A stretch of DNA of 32,000 nt from Candidatus Karelsulcia muelleri (GCF_003214255.1 NZ_CP029011.1:180001-212000), one strand, 5' to 3'. Shown: positions 16,650 to 26,452, counted from the stretch's first letter. Notes: generated by a model not told the origin, from the sequence alone. A program made the numbers and translations.

Positions 16650-19350
16650 ATATTTTTTTTTAAATAAAATAAATTATAAACAAATAGAAATTTTTTATTT
16701 GAAATATTTAGAAAATCCTACTTCTGTAAACAACAGTTGGCGGTTTTTTTTTCAAGGATTGAATTTTTTTAAAAAAAAAAGAAAAAAAAAATCCAAGAAA
16801 ATAAAAATATCTAAAGAAATAAATGTTTTAAAATTAATTAATTCTTATAAAGAAAGAGGTCATCTTTTTGCTAAAAATAATCCTTTTTTTGAAAAAAAAA
16901 TTTTTTTTTATCCTACCTTAAATATTAAAAATTTTAATCTTGAAAAAAAAGATCTTGAAAAAAATTTCTTTTCTTTGAAAGAAGTAGGCATGCAATCTTC
17001 TTCTCTTAAAGAAGTAATTTTGGGGTTAAAAAAAAAATATTGTAAATCAATTGGATTTGAATATATGTATATTAATAATCCAGAACAAATAAAATGGATT
17101 AATAATTGGATATTTTTTAATAAAAAATTTTTATTATCTAATAACGAAAAAAAAAAAATATTTTTAAAATTAAATCAAGCTACAAAATTTGAAGAATTTA
17201 TTCATACAAAATTTGTAGGACAAAAAAGATTTTCAATAGAAGGAAATGAATCAATTTTACCTGCTTTAGATTATATCCTTGAATATTCTTCTATTAATTA
17301 TCCTATAAAAGAATTTGTAATAGGAATGTCCCATAGAGGAAGATTAAACATATTATGTAATATTCTTAAGAAGAAATGTACTAAAATTTTTAGTGAATTT
17401 TTTGGAAAAAAATATACTGAAAATAACTTCTTAGGAGATGTTAAATATCATTTAGGATATAAAAAATCTAAAAAAAATAAATTAGGAAAAAAAATTAAGA
17501 TTATTAATGTTCCTAATTCTTCTCATTTAGAATCTGTTAATCCTCTTGTCGAAGGAATTGTTCGTGCAAAAATTGATAATGATTATTATGGGAATTTTAA
17601 TAAAGTTCTTCCAATCCTTTTACATGGAGATGCAGCTATTTCTGCTCAAGGAATAGTATATGAAGTTATTCAAATGTCTTTCCTTGAAGGATATAAAACT
17701 GGGGGAACAATACATATTATTATAAATAATCAAATTGGGTTTACTACTAACTGTTCAGAATCTCGTTCAAGTCTGTATTCTACAGATTTAGCTAAAGTAA
17801 TTCTTTCTCCAGTTATACATGTGAATTCAGATGATATAGAAGCCGTAATTTACTCGATTAAATTTGCTTTAGATTTTAGAATGTATTATAATCAAGATGT
17901 ATTTGTAGATTTATTAGGTTATAGAAAATATGGCCATAATGAAGGAGATGATCCTCTTTTTACTCAACAATATTTTTATAAATTAATTGACAATCATAAA
18001 AATATATATGAGATCTATAAAGAAAAACTTAAAAAGCAAAATTTGATTGATAAAAATTTTATAAAAAAAATTGAAAAAAAATATCAAAATTATCTTTATA
18101 AAGGATATACTGATTCAAAAAATCATTTAAAAAATAAATTAGATTTTTTTTTTTCATATAAAGAAAAATTAATTGATGCATCTTATAAAGATATCATAAA
18201 AAAAATAAATACTACTTTTTCTTTAAAAATTCTATTAGAAATAGGAACAAAAATTTTTTCGTTGACGAAAAGAAAAAAAATTTACAAAAAAACTGAAAAA
18301 ATTTTTCATTCGAAATTAGAATTTCTTTTAAAAAAAAAGATTGTAGATTGGGGAATGGCTGAATTACTTGCTTATGGCACTTTATTATATGAAGGTTATA
18401 ATGTAAGATTATCTGGAGAAGATGTAGAAAGAGGAACATTTGCTCATAGACATATTGTAATTAATTCAGAATTGGAAGAAAAAATTTATTTACTAAATAA
18501 TCTTCGAAAGGGACAAGGAAAAATATATGTTTATAATTCTTTATTATCTGAATATGGAGTTTTAGGATTTGAATATGGATATTCCATGTTTTCTAAAGAT
18601 ACTTTAACATTATGGGAAGCCCAATTTGGAGATTTTAGTAATGGAGCTCAAATTATAATAGATCAATATTTATCTTCTGCAGAAACAAAATGGAAAATCC
18701 AAAATGGATTAGTTTTACTTTTACCTCATGGAGATGAAGGCCAAGGATCAGAACATTCCTCTTCAAGAATTGAAAGATATTTACAGTTATGTGCAAATAA
18801 TAATATTTTTTTATGCAATTGTACTACTCCAGCAAATTTTTATCATCTTATAAGAAGACAAATAAAATTTTATTTTAGAAAACCATTAATAATTTTTACT
18901 CCAAAAAGTTTATTAAGAAATAAAAATTGTATTTCTTTATTAACTGAACTTTCTAATGGAGAATTTAAAAAAATAATAGATGATAAATTTGTTAACAAAC
19001 AAAATGTTAAAAAAATAGTTTTTTGTTCTGGCAAAATATATTATGATTTAATTAAATTTCGAAATCTTTTGAAAAAAGAAAAGACTGCAATAATAAGAAT
19101 TGAACAAATTTATCCAATAGAAAAGAATTCTATTGAAAAAATAATGATGCAATATCCTAAAAAAAAAAAAATTATGTGGGTACAAGAAGAACCAGAAAAT
19201 ATGGGAGTATGGCCTTTTATATTTAGAAAATATAGTCAAATTCCATGGATTATAGTTTCTCCACCTGAAAGATCAGCCCCTTCTACTGGATCATATAATG
19301 ATTATGTTAATGATCAAAAAAAGTTATTATTAAAAATATTTAATATATAA
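16642..19350 (+). CDS. sucA: 2-oxoglutarate dehydrogenase E1 component
   Basis: 902 aa. N-terminus ...YLENPTSVNNSWRFFFQG, ThDP region GMSHRGRLNIL...LLHGDAAISAQGIVYE, and PHGDEGQGSEHSSSRIERYLQL. Confidence 0.93.
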   Translation: MSKYFFLNKINYKQIEIFYLKYLENPTSVNNSWRFFFQGLNFFKKKRKKKSKKIKISKEINVLKLINSYKERGHLFAKNNPFFEKKIFFYPTLNIKNFNLEKKDLEKNFFSLKEVGMQSSSLKEVILGLKKKYCKSIGFEYMYINNPEQIKWINNWIFFNKKFLLSNNEKKKIFLKLNQATKFEEFIHTKFVGQKRFSIEGNESILPALDYILEYSSINYPIKEFVIGMSHRGRLNILCNILKKKCTKIFSEFFGKKYTENNFLGDVKYHLGYKKSKKNKLGKKIKIINVPNSSHLESVNPLVEGIVRAKIDNDYYGNFNKVLPILLHGDAAISAQGIVYEVIQMSFLEGYKTGGTIHIIINNQIGFTTNCSESRSSLYSTDLAKVILSPVIHVNSDDIEAVIYSIKFALDFRMYYNQDVFVDLLGYRKYGHNEGDDPLFTQQYFYKLIDNHKNIYEIYKEKLKKQNLIDKNFIKKIEKKYQNYLYKGYTDSKNHLKNKLDFFFSYKEKLIDASYKDIIKKINTTFSLKILLEIGTKIFSLTKRKKIYKKTEKIFHSKLEFLLKKKIVDWGMAELLAYGTLLYEGYNVRLSGEDVERGTFAHRHIVINSELEEKIYLLNNLRKGQGKIYVYNSLLSEYGVLGFEYGYSMFSKDTLTLWEAQFGDFSNGAQIIIDQYLSSAETKWKIQNGLVLLLPHGDEGQGSEHSSSRIERYLQLCANNNIFLCNCTTPANFYHLIRRQIKFYFRKPLIIFTPKSLLRNKNCISLLTELSNGEFKKIIDDKFVNKQNVKKIVFCSGKIYYDLIKFRNLLKKEKTAIIRIEQIYPIEKNSIEKIMMQYPKKKKIMWVQEEPENMGVWPFIFRKYSQIPWIIVSPPERSAPSTGSYNDYVNDQKKLLLKIFNI

Positions 19351-19363
19351 AAATATATTTTTA

Positions 19364-20485
19364 ATGATTTTAGAAATCAAAGTTCCTTCTCCGGGAGAAT
19401 CAATAACAGAAGTAGAAATTTCATCATTGTTAGTTAACAATGGGGATTTTGTAAAAAAAAATCAAGTAATTGCTGAAATAGATTCAGATAAAGCTACTTT
19501 AGAAATCTGTGCAGAAGCAAGTGGAAGATTATTTTTTAAAGCCAAAAAAGGAGACACTTTAAAAGTAGGAGAATTATTATGTATAATAGATACTTCTTTT
19601 TTAAAAAAAGAAGAGAATTTCTTAAAAGAAGAAATCTTAAAAGAAGAAAAAAAAGAAGAGAATTTTTTAAAAGAAGAAAAAAAAGAAGAAAAAAAAGAAG
19701 AAAAAAAAGAAGAGAATTTATTAAAAAAAAAGAATAAATTAAAGAATAAATTTAATAGATTTTTTATTGTTAAAAAATTAACTAAACTTAGACAAACAAT
19801 TTCGGAAAAACTTGTTGAAGTAAAAAATAAAACAGCTATGTTGACTACTTTTAATGAAGTAGATATGAGAAATATTTTATATTTAAAAAATAAATATAAA
19901 TTTTCTTTTAAAGAAAAACATGGAGTAAAATTAGGATTTATGGCTTTTTTTGTAAAATCTTGTATAAGAGCATTAAAAAATTATCCAGATATTAATTCTA
20001 TGATAGATGATAAAGGAAAAAATAAAATATGTTTTAAATATTTTGATATAAATATAGCAGTAGCTGGCCCAAAAGGATTATTAGTCCCAGTTATTAGAAA
20101 TGCTGATACTCTTTCTTTCAGAGAAATAGAAAAAACTATAAAAAATTTTTCTTTAAAAATAAAAAATTCCACTATTTCTATAGACGAAATGATTGGAGGA
20201 ACTTTTACTATAACAAATGGAGGAATTTTTGGATCTATGTTATCTACTCCGATAATAAATCCTCCGCAAAGTGCTATATTAGGAATGCATTCTATAGTAG
20301 AAAGACCTATAGTAAAATTAGGCAAAATCAAAGTTATTCCAATTATGTATTTAGCATTATCTTATGATCATAGAATTATAGATGGGAAAGAAGCAGTGGG
20401 ATTTTTATTTTCAATAAAAGAATCAATAGAAAATCCTATTAAATTTTTAATAGGATCCAAAGAAAATTTAAATAATTTTTTTTAA
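19364..20485 (+). CDS. sucB: 2-oxoglutarate dehydrogenase E2 (dihydrolipoyllysine-residue succinyltransferase), apparently lacking the peripheral subunit-binding domain
   Basis: Lipoyl domain with EIDSDKATLEI. Catalytic domain: LRQTISEKLVEVKNKTAMLTTFNEVDM, GGTFTITNGGIFGS, LSYDHRIIDGKEAVGFL. Confidence 0.92.
   Translation: MILEIKVPSPGESITEVEISSLLVNNGDFVKKNQVIAEIDSDKATLEICAEASGRLFFKAKKGDTLKVGELLCIIDTSFLKKEENFLKEEILKEEKKEENFLKEEKKEEKKEEKKEENLLKKKNKLKNKFNRFFIVKKLTKLRQTISEKLVEVKNKTAMLTTFNEVDMRNILYLKNKYKFSFKEKHGVKLGFMAFFVKSCIRALKNYPDINSMIDDKGKNKICFKYFDINIAVAGPKGLLVPVIRNADTLSFREIEKTIKNFSLKIKNSTISIDEMIGGTFTITNGGIFGSMLSTPIINPPQSAILGMHSIVERPIVKLGKIKVIPIMYLALSYDHRIIDGKEAVGFLFSIKESIENPIKFLIGSKENLNNFF
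19604..19735. repeat. imperfect in-frame repeats (gaagagaattt(c/t/a)ttaaaagaagaa, EENFLKEE) forming the sucB inter-domain linker
   Basis: Three copies start near 19610, 19655 and 19708, interspersed with (gaagaaaaaaaa)n. Confidence 0.8.
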
Positions 20486-20522
20486 TTTGTAATTAATTTT
20501 AATTGATACAAGAAGAAAGGAT

Positions 20523-21305
20523 ATGAATTCATATAAAAATATGTCCTTTTTTGATCATTTTCAAGATCTTAGAAGACTTCTCCTCAGAAGTATTATTAGT
20601 ATAATATTCTTTACATGTTTTGTGTTAATAAATAAAAACTTTATATTTGATTATATCATCTTTTCACCTATAAGATCTAATTTTATATCTTATACTTTAA
20701 TTTATAAACTTGGATATTTTTTTCATCAACAAATTAATATTGCTCCAAAAAAAATTATTATTCAAAACAATCAATTTTTAGGACAATTTAATACTTATGT
20801 TTTGGTTTCTTTAATAGGAGGAATAATTTTGTCTTATCCATTTATTTGTTATGAACTTTGGAATTTTATTAAACCAGGTCTCTTTCTTAAAGAAAGAAAA
20901 ATTATAAAAAATCTTTTAATATTGTCTTCAATATTATTGATATTAGGTTTAATAATTGGATATTTTATCCTTTCTCCATTTGCAATACAATTTTCAAATA
21001 CTTTTTTTATAAGTAATTTTCCTAAAAATATTTTTTCATTAAATGATTATGTAATATTAATAATTAATTCTACCATATTAATGGGAATTCTTTTTTTATT
21101 TCCTTTAATTCCTTTGTTTTTATCAAAATTGGATTTAATCACTTTTCAGACTTTAAAAGAATATAGAAAATATGCATTTTTTTTATTATTTATAATTGCT
21201 TCAGCTATTACTTCTGGTGAATTTATAACAACTATATTAATATTTTGTCCTTTATATTTATTATATGAATTAAGTATAATAATTACTTTAATATTTAATA
21301 TATAA
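20523..21305 (+). CDS. tatC: twin-arginine translocase subunit TatC
   Basis: MSFFDHFQDLRRLLLRSIISIIFF matches the TatC N-terminal signature, and the protein is a multi-pass membrane profile of 260 aa. The start could be the ATG at 20541. Confidence 0.85.
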   Translation: MNSYKNMSFFDHFQDLRRLLLRSIISIIFFTCFVLINKNFIFDYIIFSPIRSNFISYTLIYKLGYFFHQQINIAPKKIIIQNNQFLGQFNTYVLVSLIGGIILSYPFICYELWNFIKPGLFLKERKIIKNLLILSSILLILGLIIGYFILSPFAIQFSNTFFISNFPKNIFSLNDYVILIINSTILMGILFLFPLIPLFLSKLDLITFQTLKEYRKYAFFLLFIIASAITSGEFITTILIFCPLYLLYELSIIITLIFNI

Positions 21306-21740
21306 TTTTTTAAAATTTGCTTTCTCTAAAGATTTAATCTTTATAAGATTTCGTTTTTCATATTTTTTTTTACTTTTAGCTAAAAAAAATTTAATTTTTA
21401 TAAAATTTCTATTGTTTAATACTATTTCAGTAGGAATTATATTTAAATTTAAATTTTTAATTTGTTTTTTTATTTTATTGATTTCTTTTTTTTTTAAAAG
21501 AAGTTTTCTTCTCCTTTTAGGAGAAAATTTTGTATTGTAAATATTTGAATTGGAAATATACATATCAAATATGTAAATATTGTTATTTATTAATTTACAA
21601 TAACTATTTTTAATAGAAACTTTTTTTTGTTTTATTAATTTAACTTCAATTCCTAATAATTCTATTCCAGCTATAAATTTTTCTTTTTTTAAAAGATTAT
21701 AATCAAAACCTGCTTTTTTATTATTAATTATTAATTTCAT
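21288..21740 (-). CDS. smpB: SsrA-binding protein
   Basis: 150 aa. NKKAGFDYNLLKKEKFIAGIELLGIEVKLIKQKKVSIKNSYCKL... with a basic C-terminal tail. Confidence 0.9.
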   Translation of the reverse strand: MKLIINNKKAGFDYNLLKKEKFIAGIELLGIEVKLIKQKKVSIKNSYCKLINNNIYIFDMYISNSNIYNTKFSPKRRRKLLLKKKEINKIKKQIKNLNLNIIPTEIVLNNRNFIKIKFFLAKSKKKYEKRNLIKIKSLEKANFKKLYIKY

Positions 21741-21774
21741 ATAAGTTTGCTTTTTTATTATTAATTATTAATAT

Positions 21775-23388
21775 ATGTTAACTGTACAAAATCTATATTT
21801 TCAATTTGGAAAAAGATTATTATTTAATAATGTAAGTATTAAATTTACTAAAGGGAATTGTTATGGAATAATAGGAGCAAATGGATCTGGAAAATCTACT
21901 TTTTTAAAAATAATTTCTGGAGAACAAAAACCTACTAAGGGTAAGATATTAGTTGAATCTGAAAAAAGAATTTCTTTTTTAAAACAAGATCATAATAATT
22001 ATAATAATTACACTGCTTTAGAAACAGTAATAATGGGAAATATGAAATTATTTAAATTAAAAAAACAAATAAATAATTTATATAAAAAAAAATTTTTTTC
22101 AGAAAAAGATGGTCTAAAAGCTGCTGAATTAGGAGTTCTTTTTGAAGAAATTAATGGGTGGAATTCCGAAAAAGATGCTTCTATTCTTTTATCTAATTTA
22201 GGAATTAAAGAATATTCTCATAATTTTTTAATTAAAAATTTAGAAAATAAATTTAAAATTAAAGTTTTATTAGCTCAAGCAATTTTTGGAAATCCAGATG
22301 TTTTAATTTTAGATGAACCAACTAATGATTTAGATGTAGAGACTATCTATTGGTTAGAAAATTTTTTATCAAAATATGAAAATACAGTAATAGTTGTTTC
22401 TCATGATCGTCATTTATTAGATAGTATCTGTACTCATATCTGTGATATAGATTTTGGAAATGTAAATTTCTTTACTGGAAATTATAGTTTTTGGTATAAA
22501 GCTACTCAAATTGCTATTAAACAAAATAAAATTTTTTCTAAAAAAATAGAAGAAAAAAAAAAAAAATTAGAAAATTTTATATTAAGATTTAGTTCAAATG
22601 CTTCTAAAGCAAGACAAGCTACTTCAAGAAAAAAAATTTTAAAAAATTTAAATTTAAAAAAAAAAATTGCATCATCAAGGCGATATCCATATATTTGTTT
22701 TGAACAAGAACGTGAAGTAGGAGACCAAATTTTGAATATAAAAAATTTATCTAAAAAAATTAATAATAAATTTTTATTAAAAAATATTTATTTTAATTTA
22801 AAGAAAGGTGATAAAATTGCTTTATTTTCTAATAATAGTAATTGCACTACTGTTTTTTATGAAATTATTACTGGAAATTTAACTCAAGATAGTGGAAAAT
22901 ATCAATGGGGGACAACAGTCAAGTATTCATATTTACCATTAAATAATTTTAATTATTTTAATAATCAATTCAATTTAATTGAATGGTTGAACCAATTTAT
23001 TGGTTTCAATGAAACTTATAGTGAAGAAAATCTTCGTAGTTTTTTAGGAAAAATGCTTTTTAGTGGAGAAGAAACTTTTAAAAAAGTAAAAATATTATCT
23101 GGAGGAGAAAAAATGAGATGTTTGTTTGCTATGTTAATGTTATTAAAAGGAAATGTATTAATTCTGGATGAACCAACCAATCATCTTGATTTAGAAGCAA
23201 TAACTTCTTTAAATAAAGCTTTAAAAGAATTTAAAGGTAATATAATAATTACTTCTAGAGATCAAAAATTATTACAAACTGTTTGTAATAATTTTATTGA
23301 AATTACTGATTCAGGAACAATAATAAATTATCATAACTTTGAAGCTTTTTGTAATTATAAAAAAAAATTTTTGAATGTTAATTCTTAA
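21775..23388 (+). CDS. ABC-F family ATPase (YbiT-like) with degenerate second nucleotide-binding domain
   Basis: The two-NBD soluble architecture is collinear with E. coli YbiT as recalled. NBD1 has Walker A GANGSGKST, Walker B VLILDEPTNDLD and H-loop VSHDRH. NBD2 has signature LSGGEKMR and Walker B VLILDEPTNHLD, but Walker A reads FSNNSNCTT and the H-loop reads TSRDQ. Confidence 0.85.
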   Translation: MLTVQNLYFQFGKRLLFNNVSIKFTKGNCYGIIGANGSGKSTFLKIISGEQKPTKGKILVESEKRISFLKQDHNNYNNYTALETVIMGNMKLFKLKKQINNLYKKKFFSEKDGLKAAELGVLFEEINGWNSEKDASILLSNLGIKEYSHNFLIKNLENKFKIKVLLAQAIFGNPDVLILDEPTNDLDVETIYWLENFLSKYENTVIVVSHDRHLLDSICTHICDIDFGNVNFFTGNYSFWYKATQIAIKQNKIFSKKIEEKKKKLENFILRFSSNASKARQATSRKKILKNLNLKKKIASSRRYPYICFEQEREVGDQILNIKNLSKKINNKFLLKNIYFNLKKGDKIALFSNNSNCTTVFYEIITGNLTQDSGKYQWGTTVKYSYLPLNNFNYFNNQFNLIEWLNQFIGFNETYSEENLRSFLGKMLFSGEETFKKVKILSGGEKMRCLFAMLMLLKGNVLILDEPTNHLDLEAITSLNKALKEFKGNIIITSRDQKLLQTVCNNFIEITDSGTIINYHNFEAFCNYKKKFLNVNS

Positions 23389-23677
23389 AAAGAAAATAAT
23401 TTCTATATTATCAAATATTTTTGATCCAGAAATTCCAATAAATATTTATGAATTAGGTCTTATTTATGATCTAAGAATTAGAAATAAAAACATTATAAGA
23501 ATTATTATGACTCTTACTACTCCTCATTGTCCTGTAGCTGAAAGTTTTACCAAAATAATAAAAAAAAAAATTTTTAATATTTCCTATGTAAAAAAAGTAG
23601 ATGTAATTATTACATTTTTTCCTAATTGGACATATAAATTTATGAGTGAATTAGCTCGTTTAGAATTAGGGGTTTAA
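23375..23677 (+). CDS. DUF59/SufT-like Fe-S cluster assembly protein
   Basis: 100 aa. The FDPEIPINIYELGLIYDL...MTLTTPHCPVAE motif is typical of the MIP18/SufT family. Confidence 0.85.
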   Translation: MLILKKKIISILSNIFDPEIPINIYELGLIYDLRIRNKNIIRIIMTLTTPHCPVAESFTKIIKKKIFNISYVKKVDVIITFFPNWTYKFMSELARLELGV

Positions 23678-23742
23678 ACAAATTTGTTTTTTTAAAAAAA
23701 ATTTCTTATACTATAAGTAGTTAATTTTAAAATTTATTTGAT

Positions 23743-24090
23743 TTGGAAATACTAGGCATTTTAAAAAAAATTTTTGATATTAAACATTTTAAAAATGGGT
23801 TTAAAAAAAGAGAAATACTAGTTTTAACGGAAGAACAGTACCCACAAAACTTGTTAATTGAATTTATTCAAAGCAAAGTAAAATTAATAGAGAATTTCTC
23901 TATAGAGGATAGAATAAAAATATTTATTAATTTAAAAGGTAGAGAGTGGATTACACCTACTGGTGAAAAAAAATATTTTAATTCTATCCAAGGCTGGAAA
24001 ATAGAAAAACCTATTGAACCTGTTAATAAAATTCAAAATTCAAGTTCAACTAACTCAGCAATTGATGAATTTGATGAGTTACCTTTTTAA
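23743..24090 (+). CDS. DUF3127-like small protein with SSB-type acidic C-terminal tip (DEFDELPF)
   Basis: 115 aa with a TTG start. MEILGILKKIF...GFKKREILVLTEEQYPQNLLIEFIQSKVKLIENF...INLKGREWITPTGEKKYFNSIQGWKIEK matches the Bacteroidota DUF3127 pattern as recalled. The C-terminus ...SAIDEFDELPF can be read directly. Confidence 0.7.
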   Translation: MEILGILKKIFDIKHFKNGFKKREILVLTEEQYPQNLLIEFIQSKVKLIENFSIEDRIKIFINLKGREWITPTGEKKYFNSIQGWKIEKPIEPVNKIQNSSSTNSAIDEFDELPF

Positions 24091-24107
24091 TGATACCTTT
24101 TTAATGA
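24080..24107. repeat. perfect 14-bp tandem duplication tacctttttaatga x2 spanning the stop codon of the DUF3127-like gene
   Basis: Read directly from the sequence: 24080-24093 and 24094-24107. Confidence 0.9.
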
Positions 24108-24261
24108 GAATTTCTAATTTGCCAGCCTTTTCTTTGCATGCTTATTTATTAAAAAAAAATATCTATTTGGTTGGTGGTATTAGTAGGATGGGATTATTGG
24201 TATTAGTAATTCCTAAAATGCCACTCACTATTACCTAGCAATTTAGGAATGTTTAAATTTT

Positions 24262-25896
<1,635 letters not shown>

Positions 25897-25931
25897 TTAA
25901 ATTCTTGCATCATATTCACGACCACTCCACC

Positions 25932-26213
25932 TTACGACATTATTGCCAATATATCAGATTCACGCATTATTAAATAATCTTTTCCATTTAATCTAAGTTC
26001 TGTCCCAGAATATTTTCCATATAAAACTTTATTACCTTTTTTAACAGTAAGAGGTTCATTTTTTTTGCCTCCTCCAACTGCAACTACTATACCTTCTTGA
26101 GGTTTTTCTTTAGCTGTATCTGGTATAATTATTCCTGAAGATGTTTTTTTTTCTGTTGGAGAAGGTTCTATTAAAACACGATCTGATAAAGGTTTAATTT
26201 TTAAATTAGCCAT
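25932..26213 (-). CDS. groES: co-chaperonin GroES
   Basis: 93 aa. [42 protein letters not shown]... Confidence 0.97.
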   Translation of the reverse strand: MANLKIKPLSDRVLIEPSPTEKKTSSGIIIPDTAKEKPQEGIVVAVGGGKKNEPLTVKKGNKVLYGKYSGTELRLNGKDYLIMRESDILAIMS

Positions 26214-26228
26214 CTTTAAAAATTTAGA

Positions 26229-26327
26229 TTATATTAGATAATTAGAAATTATTATTATTATAATTAATATTAATGCTAATATAAATGTTATTTTTTCTAA
26301 AAAAAATTTAACTTTAAATAAATCCAT
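26229..26327 (-). CDS. secG: SecG-like C-terminal fragment (TM2 mini-ORF, 32 aa)
   Basis: My translation is MDLFKVKFFLEKITFILALILIIIIIISNYLI*. It resembles the SecG second helix (E. coli FMTRMTALLATLFFIISLVL). It lies 15 nt upstream of groES, and secG precedes groES in Flavobacteriia. Confidence 0.4.
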   Translation of the reverse strand: MDLFKVKFFLEKITFILALILIIIIIISNYLI

Positions 26328-26334
26328 TTTCAAA

Positions 26335-26439
26335 TTAGTTATTTTGGATAAAAATAAGAATAATTAACATTAAACATATTATTATCAATAGAATTCCTAT
26401 AATATAGTAACCTATAATATAGTAAAAAAATTCTTTCAT
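26335..26439 (-). CDS. secG: SecG-like N-terminal fragment (TM1 mini-ORF, 34 aa)
   Basis: My translation is MKEFFYYIIGYYIIGILLIIICLMLIILIFIQNN*. It resembles SecG helix 1, which ends in the LQQ/VQN-GKG motif. It starts 14 nt after the miaB stop. Confidence 0.4.
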   Translation of the reverse strand: MKEFFYYIIGYYIIGILLIIICLMLIILIFIQNN

Positions 26440-26452
26440 AATTTTTTCGAAA

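Noticed and set aside
19981-20331. Antisense or overlapping short ORFs from the track: 19981..20331, 8375..8632, 870..1058, 6268..6486, 7681..7872, 18212..18439 and 19048..19239.
   Set aside because: Each is fully embedded opposite a confidently identified gene (sucB, prfB, frr, bamD, dapA, sucA). Each translates to Phe/Ile/Leu/Lys low-complexity sequence typical of AT-rich shadow frames.
24014-24238. A 74-aa plus-strand ORF overlapping the end of the DUF3127-like gene and the groEL 3' flank.
   Set aside because: It is out of frame with a well-supported gene, shows no motif, and runs through what looks like non-coding relic sequence.
25897-25931. A relatively GC-rich groES-groEL spacer containing aaggtggag on the coding strand, possibly a Shine-Dalgarno or regulatory element.
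   Set aside because: Bacteroidota generally do not rely on SD pairing. I could find no hairpin or repeat, and I cannot test conservation. This is not enough to call a regulatory site.
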